This document shows, in pieces, positions 1 through 10,126 of a DNA stretch of 64,000 nucleotides. Both the position numbers and the translations under genes were made by a program. Origin of the DNA: Clostridia bacterium (GTDB lineage: Bacteria > Bacillota > Clostridia > Oscillospirales > Acutalibacteraceae); NCBI GenBank assembly GCA_017936615.1, contig JAGBFF010000044.1:8609-72608 (forward strand), read 5' to 3'. Each line of letters begins with the position of its first letter. The stretch's first letter is position 1. The notes beneath the pieces are model-generated. The model had not been told where the DNA came from. It did not search any database and saw only the letters and a program-made list of their open reading frames with translations.

Positions 1-717
1 GATATTGCGTATCACCGCAACAAATTTGCCCGTGGCTTCGATACCTGTATCGACGTGTGGGGCGCCGATCACCACGGTCACGTTGCCCGTATGAAGGGCG
101 CGATGGACGCCGTCGGTCTGGACGGTGAAAAGCTGCAGGTCACGCTGATGCAGCTCGTGCGCCTGATGCGTGACGGTGAGGTCGTGCGTATGTCCAAGCG
201 TTCCGGCAAGGCGATCCAGCTGGCCGATCTGTTGGACGAGGTGCCGGTGGATGCCGCGCGCTTCTTCTTCAACCTGCGCGAGGCGAACACGCAGATGGAC
301 TTTGACCTCGGTCTGGCGATCGAGCAGTCCTCCTCCAACCCCGTGTATTACGTGCAGTACGCCCATGCGCGTCTGTGCTCGATCTTCCGCACGCTTTTGG
401 AGGACGGTGTCACGCTGACGGATACCACGCAGGCAACGTTGTGCTTGTTGGAAGCGCCGGAGGAGCGCGAACTGATCCGGCATCTGGCAAGCTACGAGGC
501 GGAGATCGTCGCCTGTGCGAAGGCGCAGGATCCTGCCGGTATGACGCGTTATGCACTGGAACTTGCCACGCTGTTCCACAAGTTCTACAACGCCTGCCGC
601 GTCCGCGGTGTGGAGACCGAGTTGCAGCAGGCGCGCCTGGCGCTCTGCCAGGCAACTCGCATCGCATTGAAGAACGTGCTGTCTCTGCTCAAGATCGACG
701 CGCCCGGAAGTATGTAA
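1..717 (+). CDS. argS: arginine--tRNA ligase, C-terminal part (gene starts upstream of the window)
   Basis: Frame 1 is open from base 1. WGADHHGHV, RMSKRSGKAI and SNPVYYVQYAHAR motifs plus a C-terminal helical anticodon-binding domain match class I ArgRS. Stop at 715-717 is followed by a terminator. Confidence 0.9.
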   Translation, partial: DIAYHRNKFARGFDTCIDVWGADHHGHVARMKGAMDAVGLDGEKLQVTLMQLVRLMRDGEVVRMSKRSGKAIQLADLLDEVPVDAARFFFNLREANTQMDFDLGLAIEQSSSNPVYYVQYAHARLCSIFRTLLEDGVTLTDTTQATLCLLEAPEERELIRHLASYEAEIVACAKAQDPAGMTRYALELATLFHKFYNACRVRGVETELQQARLALCQATRIALKNVLSLLKIDAPGSM

Positions 718-731
718 TTGTTGTAAAATGT

Positions 732-765
732 CGCCCGATGACGAAGGTCGTCGGGTGATTTTTTT
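732..765 (+). terminator. intrinsic terminator after argS
   Basis: Hairpin cgcccgatgac / gtcgtcgggtg (two G-U pairs) followed by a T7 run. Confidence 0.7.
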
Positions 766-785
766 GTACATTTTTGGGCAATAGG

Positions 786-814
786 TTGACACAGTTCCTA
801 TTTTACTTTATAAT
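786..814 (+). promoter_or_regulatory. sigma-A type promoter of polysaccharide locus 1
   Basis: Exact TTGACA (786-791), 17-nt spacer, exact TATAAT (809-814), about 80 nt upstream of the first gene. Confidence 0.65.
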
Positions 815-892
815 ATATGAAAATAGTGGGTTATTGTACCCATCGTATTGCGGTCTCAGGAAGTTAACTGCTGTGGAAAGAGGTTACCGGAC

Positions 893-2119
893 ATGAGCGA
901 TATCACAGAATCCAAACGGGTCATCCCGTTTTCCCCTCCCGATATTTCCGAGCGAGAGATCGAGGAGGTCATCGATGCGTTGCGTTCGGGCTGGATCACC
1001 ACCGGCCCCAAAACGAAGGAATTGGAGCGTCGCATCGCTGCGTACATAGGAACGGAAAAGGCGTGCTGTCTCAATTCGCAGACGGCGTGTGCCGAGCTGG
1101 CACTGCGCTTGATGAATATTGGTCCGGGCGATGAAGTCATCGTGCCGGCCTATACGTATACAGCCTCCGCGTCGGTCGTGTGCCATGTGGGGGCTAGGCT
1201 CGTTTTGGTGGATTCGCAGGTTGATAGCCTCGAAATGGATTACGACGCTGTCGAGGCGGCGATCACCGAGCGCACCAAGGCGATCATTCCCGTGGACCTG
1301 GCGGGCATTCCGTGTGATTACGACCGCCTCTTTGCCATTGTCGAGAACAAGAAGTCGCTGTTTCGTCCAAACGGCGAGCTGCAGGAGACGCTCGGCAGAA
1401 TTGCCATTATGGCAGACACAGCTCACGCCTTCGGCGCCAAGCGTGGCGATGTGATGTGCGGCAATATCGCCGATTTCTCCAGTTTCAGCTTCCACGCGGT
1501 CAAAAATCTCACCACTGCCGAGGGTGGCGCGCTGACGTGGCGCACGATCCCGGGTGTATCGAACGAGGAAATCTACCGCCGCCTGCAGCTGCTGTCGCTG
1601 CACGGTCAGAACAAGGACGCACTGGCAAAGACCAAGCTCGGTGCGTGGGAGTATGACATTATCGGCACGTGGTACAAGTGCAATATGACCGACATCGCTG
1701 CGGCGATGGGCCTGGCGCAGTTTGAACGATATCCTGCCATGCTGACTCGCCGCCGTGCGATCATCGAAGCGTACGATGCGGCACTAAAACCGCTGGGGGC
1801 AGAGACTTTGTCCCACTATACAGAGAAGCACACCTCCTCCGGCCATCTGTATCTTACTCGTATTCCCGGCATTACCGCCGAGCGGAGAAACGAGATCATC
1901 ACAAGGATGGCAGAGCGTGGCGTGGCGTGCAACGTGCATTACAAGCCGCTGCCGCTGCACACGGCGTACAAGGCGCTGGGCTTTGATATCGCGGATTATC
2001 CAAATGCCTACGCACAGTTTAAGAACGAGATCACCCTGCCGCTGCACACCTGCTTGACGGATGAGGATGTGGCGTACATTGTGAGGGAGTACGGCGAGAT
2101 CCTGAAAGAGTATATTTGA
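893..2119 (+). CDS. DegT/DnrJ/EryC1/StrS-family sugar aminotransferase (EpsN/PglE-like)
   Basis: ATG 893 is preceded by ggaaagagg; the track ORF begins earlier at TTG 848. SGWITTGPK, AHAFGA and SFHAVKNLTTAEGG (PLP-lysine motif) are present. Confidence 0.85.
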   Translation: MSDITESKRVIPFSPPDISEREIEEVIDALRSGWITTGPKTKELERRIAAYIGTEKACCLNSQTACAELALRLMNIGPGDEVIVPAYTYTASASVVCHVGARLVLVDSQVDSLEMDYDAVEAAITERTKAIIPVDLAGIPCDYDRLFAIVENKKSLFRPNGELQETLGRIAIMADTAHAFGAKRGDVMCGNIADFSSFSFHAVKNLTTAEGGALTWRTIPGVSNEEIYRRLQLLSLHGQNKDALAKTKLGAWEYDIIGTWYKCNMTDIAAAMGLAQFERYPAMLTRRRAIIEAYDAALKPLGAETLSHYTEKHTSSGHLYLTRIPGITAERRNEIITRMAERGVACNVHYKPLPLHTAYKALGFDIADYPNAYAQFKNEITLPLHTCLTDEDVAYIVREYGEILKEYI

Positions 2120-2135
2120 CGGGGGATAGAGGGGT

Positions 2136-2771
2136 ATGTATAAGCATTTCTTCAAGCGGGTGATCGATCTGATAGCGTGTCTCATCGGATTGCCGCTGTT
2201 TTTACTGGTGTTCATCATTTTTGCGCCGATCATTTATTTTACCGACCGCGGCCCGGTGTTTTACAACGCGGAGCGCATCGGTAGAAACGGCAAGCTGTTC
2301 AAGATGTACAAATTTCGCAGCATGTACGTCAACGCGCCGGATATTCGTCTGGCGGACGGCTCTACATATAACGGTGAGGACGATCCTCGTGTGACGCCGA
2401 TCGGTCGGTTTATGCGCAAAACGAGCATCGACGAGTTGCCGCAGTTTCTCAACGTACTGATCGGCAATATGAGCCTTATCGGCCCACGGCCGGATCCTCC
2501 GGATTGGCTCGCACGGTATCCCGAAGAGGTCAAAGTATTTTTAACTGTACGTCCCGGCATCACCGGGTATTGTCAGGCGTACTACCGTAACGGTGCCGAC
2601 GGGGAAGAAAAGATGCAAGCGGATGTGTATTATGCAACGCATTGTACGGTGTGGTTGGATACCAAAATTGTGCTCAAAACCATTTTGATGATATTGAAAA
2701 GCGAAAACGTATATAAGGATGTTTCGGAAGAAACCTCTGCGGTGCAGCAGGTGGAATCCTTGAAGCAGTAA
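2136..2771 (+). CDS. small phosphoglycosyl transferase (PglC/EpsL-type bacterial sugar transferase), priming enzyme
   Basis: 211 aa with one N-terminal hydrophobic helix, then FKMYKFRSM and DELPQFLNVLIGNMSLIGPRP core motifs. Confidence 0.85.
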   Translation: MYKHFFKRVIDLIACLIGLPLFLLVFIIFAPIIYFTDRGPVFYNAERIGRNGKLFKMYKFRSMYVNAPDIRLADGSTYNGEDDPRVTPIGRFMRKTSIDELPQFLNVLIGNMSLIGPRPDPPDWLARYPEEVKVFLTVRPGITGYCQAYYRNGADGEEKMQADVYYATHCTVWLDTKIVLKTILMILKSENVYKDVSEETSAVQQVESLKQ

Positions 2772-2787
2772 TCAAAGAAGGGGGCAG

Positions 2788-3861
2788 ATGTCGTTGATTA
2801 GAGAGTACGGATATGAATACGATGCTGCTCCTGTTGCATCGTTGCTGGCGGATACGGTAGAGCGTGTAATCACCGAGCCGCAAAACGGTGTATGGTATTT
2901 GCGCAGCGGGCGTGATGCACTCAAAATGGTGGCGAGGGAGCATCCCGATGCCACGGTGCTGATGCCGGCGCTTTCTTGCGATTCGATGACGGTGCCGTTT
3001 TCGCTGTACGGACTGCCGATCCGATATTATCGCTTGACCGAGCGGTACACGGTGGATACGGAGAGCGTGGAGGCGCTGATTCACGGGGGCGAAACGGAAC
3101 TGTTGTTCCTGTATATGGACTACTTTGGGAACGAGGCGTTGACCGACAGCCAACTACTGTGTTTGCAATCTCGTTATCCGACCATGGTGTTTGCGGAGGA
3201 TCGTACGCATAATTTGTTACAACCGCCGACACGCACGTTTCAGCCCGATTACGTCGTTGCCAGCCTTCGTAAATGGACGAATATACCGGATGGCGGTATG
3301 CTGCGTTCAAAAGTGCCTCTGCGGCACACCAAGCTTGGTACGGCGTTATCCTTTTCACGGGAACGCCTGCGGGCGCAGGAGCTGCGTCATCGTTTTTTTG
3401 AAACGGGTGATCTTGAACTCAAGCAGCAGTATCGGGAGATTTTTTCCACCGTTTCCGAGCAAATGGATGTCGATCCGTTGCCGTGCGGTATGTCGGAATA
3501 TGCTTTTCGCTTGTTGCAGAGGGTCGATTGGGCGGAAGTGAGTGCCCAACGCAAAGCCAATGCGACCGTGTTGATGGATGTGTTGAAGGACGAACCCGTG
3601 CGATTGATCGGAGCGGTTCCGGGACAAAGCGATCTGTACGTGGCGTTTTTGACAGAGCACCGTGACGAGATCCAACGTCGTTTGTCGGCGGTCGGTGTGT
3701 TTTGCACGGTGATTTGGCCTCTCAGCGAGGAGAAAAAGGCGGCGTGTCCCGTTGCGGCGACGACCGAGGCGTGTATGCTGGCTGCCCCGTGCGATCAGCG
3801 GTATACGGAAGCGGATATGCACGTTATCAGCAATGAAATGGTGAGGGTGCTTCATGAGTAA
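2788..3861 (+). CDS. divergent PLP-fold (DegT-like) protein, function unknown
   Basis: 357 aa. Only weak by-eye resemblance to the aminotransferase fold (SGRDAL, ASLRKW lysine). Good RBS (aagaaggggg). Overlaps the next gene by 8 nt. Confidence 0.4.
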   Translation: MSLIREYGYEYDAAPVASLLADTVERVITEPQNGVWYLRSGRDALKMVAREHPDATVLMPALSCDSMTVPFSLYGLPIRYYRLTERYTVDTESVEALIHGGETELLFLYMDYFGNEALTDSQLLCLQSRYPTMVFAEDRTHNLLQPPTRTFQPDYVVASLRKWTNIPDGGMLRSKVPLRHTKLGTALSFSRERLRAQELRHRFFETGDLELKQQYREIFSTVSEQMDVDPLPCGMSEYAFRLLQRVDWAEVSAQRKANATVLMDVLKDEPVRLIGAVPGQSDLYVAFLTEHRDEIQRRLSAVGVFCTVIWPLSEEKKAACPVAATTEACMLAAPCDQRYTEADMHVISNEMVRVLHE

Positions 3862-5050
3862 GAAAATTATGATTCTCGGCGCCAGCGTGCTTCAGCTGCC
3901 TGCGATCCGCAAGGCGAAGGAAATGGGGCTTACGGTCGTTGCGGTGGATATGGATCCCGGAGCGATCGGGTTTGCCGAAACCGGCATTATCAAAGAAGTG
4001 ATCAGCACCATTGATATTCCAGCGGTGCTGGAAGCGGCGAAGCGGCATCGGATCGACGGTGTGATGACGCTGGCTAGCGATATGCCGATGCGGACGGTGG
4101 CGGCAGTTGCCAAAGAACTGGGGCTTGTTGGTGTATCGGAGGAAACGGCGCTGAAAGCCACCAACAAAGCGGCCATGCGTGAAGCGCTGCGCGAGTACGG
4201 GGTGCCGATTCCACAGTTTTTCAAGGTGTCGAATCGTCAGGAATACAACGAAGTCGTCGGGCAGTTCCGTTCGGCATTTATCGTCAAGCCTGCGGATAAC
4301 TCCGGCAGCCGGGGTATCTTCCTGATCGAAGACATTACCAACACGGCGCTGATTGAGCAAGCGTACGAATACAGCCGCCGCTATTCCCGTGGGGGCGACG
4401 TGGTGGTGGAGGAATATATGCGTGGGCCGGAGGTCAGCGTGGAAACGCTGACTGTGGACGGCACGTGCCATGTCATTCAGATTACGGACAAGCTGACGAC
4501 GGGTGCACCGCATTTCGTGGAAATGGGGCATTCGCAGCCGACACGTCACTGCTCCCGCACAGCGGAGCAGATCCGCTGGGTGGCAGAAGCCGCCAACAAA
4601 GCGGTGGGCATTCAAAACGGCCCGTCACATACGGAAATCATCGTGACGGAGGAGGGCCCGAAGATCGTGGAGCTGGGCGCCCGCTTGGGCGGCGACTGCA
4701 TCACGACGCATCTGGTGCCGCTGTCCACGGGTGTGGATATGGTGGAGTGCTGTATCCGCATTGCCTTGGGAGAGAGCCCGGACGTGACGCCGAAGTTCAA
4801 AAAGGGCAGTGCGATCCGGTATTTTGAGCAGACGGCAGGCGAAGTGCGGCGTATCGATGGTGTAGAAGCCGCCGAGGCGCTTGATGGTGTTCAGCAGGTC
4901 TGCATTGTGCACGGCGTGGGCAAAACCGTGACCGAGATCGACAGCAGTGCGGCACGTCTCGGCTTTGTGATCGCACAGGCAAGCACCGCCGGGGCAGCAG
5001 TGGCGGCGTGCGAAGCCGCACGTGATCGGGTGACGATCGAGATTTTGTGA
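3854..5050 (+). CDS. ATP-grasp carboxylate-amine ligase (L-amino-acid-ligase-like)
   Basis: KIMILGAS pre-ATP-grasp domain, plus KPADNSGSRGI, EEYMRGPEVSVE and ELGARLGGD motifs. Confidence 0.75.
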   Translation: MSKKIMILGASVLQLPAIRKAKEMGLTVVAVDMDPGAIGFAETGIIKEVISTIDIPAVLEAAKRHRIDGVMTLASDMPMRTVAAVAKELGLVGVSEETALKATNKAAMREALREYGVPIPQFFKVSNRQEYNEVVGQFRSAFIVKPADNSGSRGIFLIEDITNTALIEQAYEYSRRYSRGGDVVVEEYMRGPEVSVETLTVDGTCHVIQITDKLTTGAPHFVEMGHSQPTRHCSRTAEQIRWVAEAANKAVGIQNGPSHTEIIVTEEGPKIVELGARLGGDCITTHLVPLSTGVDMVECCIRIALGESPDVTPKFKKGSAIRYFEQTAGEVRRIDGVEAAEALDGVQQVCIVHGVGKTVTEIDSSAARLGFVIAQASTAGAAVAACEAARDRVTIEIL

Positions 5051-5067
5051 GAATGGGTTGACTATGT

Positions 5068-6243
5068 ATGAAAATTGTCATTGTGACCCCTATTTTATAC
5101 GATGCAACCAGTCCGTTTAACCATTTGATGCACGATATTTTGCAGGGGCTGTTGGATGCCGGTCACGAGGTGGTGCGCATTATCGCCACCGACGGCTCGG
5201 ATGACGAAGGTTATAAACTGGGGTTGGATGGTATTACCTACATTCCCGTCGTGCGTAAACCGAGCGGCAAGGCCAATATCATCCGTCGCTACCTCAACGA
5301 CACGATAACGACATGGCGTATGGCGCGGGTGCTCAAAAAGGTGAAGGCCGACGTGCTGTTCGAGGATGTGTGCTACTCTTCGTACTGGAGCGTTCGTGCG
5401 GCGAGAAAACGGATGCAGGTCGTCTCCATGCTTCAGGATGTTTGGCCCGATAACGCCGTTCAAAGTGGCTTGATTGGTGAGGGCTCACTCATCTACCGTT
5501 ATTTTGAGTTTTGGCAAAAGAAGGTGTACAAGCATTCCGATCGTATCGTGTGTATTTCGGAGGATATCAAGCGGTTTATTGCCGACAAAGGGGTTTCCCG
5601 CGATAAGATGTCGGTCATTTATAACTGGGGTTACTCCGACGATACGGTCAACATTCCGTGGGATGAGAATCCGTTTGTTGAACAAAACGCTTTGTCAAAG
5701 AATGTATTCTATGCCGTATACGCGGGCAATATCGGTCGCATGCAGAACGTGGAATTGATCGTGCGTGCGGCCGAGCGGCTGTGTGAGAACGACACGATTC
5801 GTTTTTTGCTGATTGGTGACGGCGTGAAAGCGGACGAGATCCGTGAGCAGGTGCAGGGACTGCCAAACGTCACGATGCTGCCACTGCAGCCGAGTGAGCT
5901 GGCGACCTCGATTTATTGTGCCGCCGGCGTGAACCTGATTCCGTTGGTTAAAGGCGGTGTCAAAACGGCGCTCCCCAGTAAAACGGGTGTGGTACTGTCT
6001 TGCGGCCGACCCACCGTGTTTTGCTTTGGGGAGGATACACTGTTTGCCGAAATGGTGCATGATTGTGAGGCTGGAGGTTGTGTCAGTGCCGAAGATCCCG
6101 CAGAACTTGCAGAGGTTATCCGTTTACTGAGTGAAAAGCCGAAGGGAATCGTAAAAGGAGCCTATACGTTGTTTGAAAAGCAGTTTACCAAGCAGCACAA
6201 CGTGCAGCGATACGTCGACGTGATTACGGCAAACGGAGGGTAA
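5068..6243 (+). CDS. glycosyltransferase, GT-B fold (GT4-like)
   Basis: 391 aa with a two-Rossmann architecture. N-terminus MKIVIVTP; C-terminal donor-binding half (LPSKTGVVLSCGRP). Confidence 0.75.
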   Translation: MKIVIVTPILYDATSPFNHLMHDILQGLLDAGHEVVRIIATDGSDDEGYKLGLDGITYIPVVRKPSGKANIIRRYLNDTITTWRMARVLKKVKADVLFEDVCYSSYWSVRAARKRMQVVSMLQDVWPDNAVQSGLIGEGSLIYRYFEFWQKKVYKHSDRIVCISEDIKRFIADKGVSRDKMSVIYNWGYSDDTVNIPWDENPFVEQNALSKNVFYAVYAGNIGRMQNVELIVRAAERLCENDTIRFLLIGDGVKADEIREQVQGLPNVTMLPLQPSELATSIYCAAGVNLIPLVKGGVKTALPSKTGVVLSCGRPTVFCFGEDTLFAEMVHDCEAGGCVSAEDPAELAEVIRLLSEKPKGIVKGAYTLFEKQFTKQHNVQRYVDVITANGG

Positions 6244-6247
6244 CGGA

Positions 6248-7447
6248 ATGAAGATTCTTTTTATCAACTCCGTTTGCGGCATCGGCAGTACCGGCCGTAT
6301 TTGTGCTGAATTGGCTGAGCAACTGACTGCGCAGGGGCATACGGTAAAAATCGCCTATGGACGGCAGGAGTATGTGCCGGAAGAGTACGCAGGCTTTGGC
6401 GTAAAAATCGGAAACAACTACGGCGTTAAGGCGCACGCATTGCTCACCCGTCTGACGGATCGCCATGGATTTTTTTCCAAATCCGCAACCCGTAAGTTTC
6501 TTCATTGGGCGGATGATTTTGATCCCGACGTACTGTGGCTGCATAATCTTCATGGGTACTACGTGAACGTCAAGTTGCTGTTTGACTGGATCAAATCCCG
6601 TCCGCAGATGCAAGTTAAGTGGACATTGCACGACTGCTGGGCGTTTACCGGGCATTGCACGCATTTTGATGCGGTAGGATGCCAGAAATGGAAGACGCAA
6701 TGCACCCATTGCCCGGAAAAGACCTCCTACCCGGGGAGTATGCTGTTAGATCGTTCGGCAAAGAACTTCAAAGATAAACATGATATTTTTACCGGTGTCA
6801 AAAACATGACGCTTGTGTCTCCGTCACATTGGCTGGCCTCGCTGGTCGAGCAGAGTTTTTTGAAGGAGTATGCAGTCCGAGTTGTTCATAACGGCATTGA
6901 TCTTTCCCTTTTTACGCCGTCGCCCGGTGCTTTTAAGGAAAAGTACGGATTAAAGGACAAGCACCTTTTGCTGGGCGTGGCGTATGGTTTCGGCGAACGG
7001 AAAGGGTTGCAGGATTTCATTCAGCTTTCCCGCCGCTTGAAAGCCGATACCGTACTTGCCTTGGTAGGGGTGAATCAACAAGATACGGCTTTGTTGCCAA
7101 GCAATGTTGTAGCGATTGAAAAAACCGAATGTTTGCAAGAACTGGTCGAGGCATACTCTGATGCCGACGTGCTTCTGAATTTGACGTACGAGGACACATT
7201 CCCGACGGTCAATTTGGAGGCGCTCGCGTGTGGAACACCGGTGATTACTTACCGCACGGGGGGGAGTCCCGAAAGCTTGGACGATACTTGCGGTGTGGTG
7301 CTCGAGCAGGGTGACATCGATGGCATATATCAAAGTGTTCAAAGGTTGCGTGAGCATGCATTCGCCGCACAAGCGTGTGTAAACCGTGCGCAGCAATTTG
7401 ATAAAGCTAAGATGCTTGACGGGTACAAAAAACTGATTTTTGAATAA
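6248..7447 (+). CDS. glycosyltransferase, GT4 family
   Basis: MKILFINSVCGIGSTGRI N-domain. FPTVNLEALACGTPVITYRTGGSPE is a typical GT4 EX7E-region motif. Confidence 0.8.
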   Translation: MKILFINSVCGIGSTGRICAELAEQLTAQGHTVKIAYGRQEYVPEEYAGFGVKIGNNYGVKAHALLTRLTDRHGFFSKSATRKFLHWADDFDPDVLWLHNLHGYYVNVKLLFDWIKSRPQMQVKWTLHDCWAFTGHCTHFDAVGCQKWKTQCTHCPEKTSYPGSMLLDRSAKNFKDKHDIFTGVKNMTLVSPSHWLASLVEQSFLKEYAVRVVHNGIDLSLFTPSPGAFKEKYGLKDKHLLLGVAYGFGERKGLQDFIQLSRRLKADTVLALVGVNQQDTALLPSNVVAIEKTECLQELVEAYSDADVLLNLTYEDTFPTVNLEALACGTPVITYRTGGSPESLDDTCGVVLEQGDIDGIYQSVQRLREHAFAAQACVNRAQQFDKAKMLDGYKKLIFE

Positions 7448-7464
7448 AGAACGAGGGAAATAGC

Positions 7465-8613
7465 GTGAAGATTGTTCATATGTGCCTGTCAGGTCCGATG
7501 ACCGATGGGTGGAACTATCAAGAAAACCTTCTTACCAAGTATCATACGCAATTTGGACACGATGTTTCGGTGATCACGTCTCGCTGGGTTTACGATGACA
7601 AAGGAAACTTAGTGTGCAGTGAACGTGATGACTATGATTATGGCGGCGTGCGGATGATCCGGCTGGGCGGAAGGCAATGGGGGCTATCGCAGCTTCAAAC
7701 GCACAAGAACGTGTATCAACGGCTACAGGAGGAAGCGCCCGACATTCTGTTCGTCCACGGCTGTCAGTTCCTGGATATTTACCCGATTGCTCGGTATTGC
7801 AAGAAGCATCCGCAGGTCACGGTGTATGTAGATAACCACGCTGATTTTTCCAACAGTGCCACCAACTGGGTGTCAAAGAACATTCTGCATAAGCTGTTGT
7901 GGCGCCGCTGTGCGAAGAAGATCGCACCGTACACGAAGAAGTTTTACGGTGTTCTTCCGGCCCGTGTGGAGTTCTTAAAAACGATGTACAAGCTTCCTGC
8001 CGACAAGTGTGAGCTGTTGGTGATGGGCGCTGATGACGAGATGGTGGAGGCGGCCGCAAAGCCGGAGGTGCGCTCCCGCATTCGTGCGAAATACGGCATT
8101 GCCGAGGACGATTTTCTCGTGATGACCGGCGGCAAGATCGACGCTTTCAAAACGCAGACCTTGTTGCTGATGGAGGCTGTCAAAAACATAGACGATCCCC
8201 GTGTCAAGCTGATCGTGTTCGGCTCGGTAACGCCGGAACTGAAGGAAAAAGTCGAGGCGCTGGCGGACGGCCGCAAGGTACAGTACATCGGCTGGGTACA
8301 AGCGAAGGATTCTTACGAATACTTTGCCGCCGCCGATCTGGTGGCGTTTCCGGGTCGCCACTCGGTGTTTTGGGAGCAGGTCGCTGCGCAGGGGATTCCG
8401 ATGCTCGTCAAGTATTGGGACGGTACCACGCACGTGGATCTTGGCGGCAACGTAGCGTTTTTGAAGCAGGATACCGTCGAGGAGATCCGGGTGGCGATCG
8501 AGCGGCTGCTTACCGAGCCGCAGCAGTATGTGGAAATGAAACGGATCGCGGTCGAAGAGGGAATGAAGACCTTTTCGTACCGTGATATTGCGAAACGAAG
8601 TATTGAATCATAA
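7465..8613 (+). CDS. glycosyltransferase, GT-B fold (GT1/GT4)
   Basis: GTG start with RBS gagggaaa. C-terminal FPGRHSVFWEQVAAQGIPMLV motif. Confidence 0.75.
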   Translation: MKIVHMCLSGPMTDGWNYQENLLTKYHTQFGHDVSVITSRWVYDDKGNLVCSERDDYDYGGVRMIRLGGRQWGLSQLQTHKNVYQRLQEEAPDILFVHGCQFLDIYPIARYCKKHPQVTVYVDNHADFSNSATNWVSKNILHKLLWRRCAKKIAPYTKKFYGVLPARVEFLKTMYKLPADKCELLVMGADDEMVEAAAKPEVRSRIRAKYGIAEDDFLVMTGGKIDAFKTQTLLLMEAVKNIDDPRVKLIVFGSVTPELKEKVEALADGRKVQYIGWVQAKDSYEYFAAADLVAFPGRHSVFWEQVAAQGIPMLVKYWDGTTHVDLGGNVAFLKQDTVEEIRVAIERLLTEPQQYVEMKRIAVEEGMKTFSYRDIAKRSIES

Positions 8614-8634
8614 CGTGCAAAGGAGGGACGGGCT

Positions 8635-9447
8635 GTGTTATACGTTGTTACGGCGGTGCACAATCGAAAACCGATCACGGAACAATTTGTGGACCAGTTG
8701 TTGGCACAGACCTATTCCGATATTCAACTGGTGCTGGTGGATGATGGCTCGACCGACGGCACAGCCGATATGGTACGGGAGAAGATGCCGAATGCTGTGA
8801 TTCTGCAAGGTGACGGAAATCTCTGGTGGGGCGGTGCACTTCACAAAGCATACGGTTGGATGAAAAAATCCTCGCTGAACGACCAGGATTATGTGATGTT
8901 CTCCAATGACGACGTGATGTTTGACAAGCGGTATGTGGAGACGGCGCTTTCGATCCTGAAGGACAGGCCCGACACGCTCCTGACCGGCTACGGCGTGAGC
9001 ATCCAGACGGGCAAGCAGATCGACGGTGCGGTAAAGTTTCGGTTCCCGAAGATGCTCTCCGGCACGATCCGTGCTGCGGAGGCGGAAGGAAACTGCGCGT
9101 CGACCCGCAGTCTGTTTTTCCGTGTTCGGGATTGGAAGATGATCGGTGGATTTCATCCGGTGCTGTTGCCGCATTATTTGTCGGATTATGAATGGACGAT
9201 TCGCGGCAGCCGGAAGGGCTTACGCATCTACTGCACCGGGCTGTTGCAGTACGGCGTGAATGAAGCAACGACCGGATATAAGAAGCCGACGATGAAGACG
9301 ATTTTTTCCAAACGCTCGGTGAGCAATCCGTTCTATAAGATCAATTTCGCCTTGTTGGCTGCACCGTGGGGTAAAAAACTGGCGTCGGCGGTGTGCCAAG
9401 GCTGTCGCTTTTTCCAGCGGGTTGTGGAGAAAGAGAATGACGTATAA
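8635..9447 (+). CDS. glycosyltransferase family 2
   Basis: VTAVHNRKP..., LVLVDDGSTDGT and FSNDDV (DXD) GT-A motifs. Confidence 0.8.
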   Translation: MLYVVTAVHNRKPITEQFVDQLLAQTYSDIQLVLVDDGSTDGTADMVREKMPNAVILQGDGNLWWGGALHKAYGWMKKSSLNDQDYVMFSNDDVMFDKRYVETALSILKDRPDTLLTGYGVSIQTGKQIDGAVKFRFPKMLSGTIRAAEAEGNCASTRSLFFRVRDWKMIGGFHPVLLPHYLSDYEWTIRGSRKGLRIYCTGLLQYGVNEATTGYKKPTMKTIFSKRSVSNPFYKINFALLAAPWGKKLASAVCQGCRFFQRVVEKENDV

Positions 9448-9474
9448 TCTGCCCGAGAGATCGGTGAGGCCTGT

Positions 9475-10089
9475 GTGAGAAACATGTTACGAGGGAGTGC
9501 GGATAAGGTGAAAGCGGTATTGATTGGATGCTTTTCGGTATTTGACAAGCTGTATAACGCATTGGTTTGCAAGTACCGCAAGGTGTCTCGCGGTGCAAAT
9601 GTAAGAATTAGAGGAAAGCTCTGCGTTTGCGGACGGGGCAGCATTACGATCGGCGATGGTGTGGCGATCAACACGTGCCGACGAGCGAATCCGATCGGTG
9701 GTGACACTCGTACTATTCTCAACACGGTGCAGCACGGCACGATCCGCATTGGCGCACGCAGCGGGCTTTCCAATTGTACGATCGTGTCACGTGAGAGCGT
9801 TACGATCGGTGAGGACGTTCGTATTGGCGGCAGCTGCCGGATTTACGACACGGATTTTCACGCCGTTTCATTTGAAGATCGGATCATAAATGGCGATCAC
9901 AACGTAGTATCGAAGCCGGTCGTAATCAAGGACGGCGCATTCATCGGTGCGTTTTCTATCATCCTGAAAGGCGTTACCGTCGGTAAGCACAGTGTTGTGG
10001 GCGCCGGTTCGGTTGTGACCAAGAATAGTCCCGACGGTGAAGTGTGGGGAGGTAACCCGGCAAAGTTTATCAAAAAGCTGGAGGAGTGA
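9475..10089 (+). CDS. hexapeptide-repeat (LbH) O-acetyltransferase
   Basis: Successive [LIV]-G-x4 repeats (ITIGDGVAIN, IRIGARSGLS, VTIGEDVRIG, VVIKDGAFIGAFSIILKGVTVGKHSVVGAGSVV). The start could instead be ATG 9484. Confidence 0.8.
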   Translation: MRNMLRGSADKVKAVLIGCFSVFDKLYNALVCKYRKVSRGANVRIRGKLCVCGRGSITIGDGVAINTCRRANPIGGDTRTILNTVQHGTIRIGARSGLSNCTIVSRESVTIGEDVRIGGSCRIYDTDFHAVSFEDRIINGDHNVVSKPVVIKDGAFIGAFSIILKGVTVGKHSVVGAGSVVTKNSPDGEVWGGNPAKFIKKLEE

Positions 10090-10126
10090 GTTTGGTGCAC
10101 CGGCCAACTCGCATCGGAGGTTCTGT

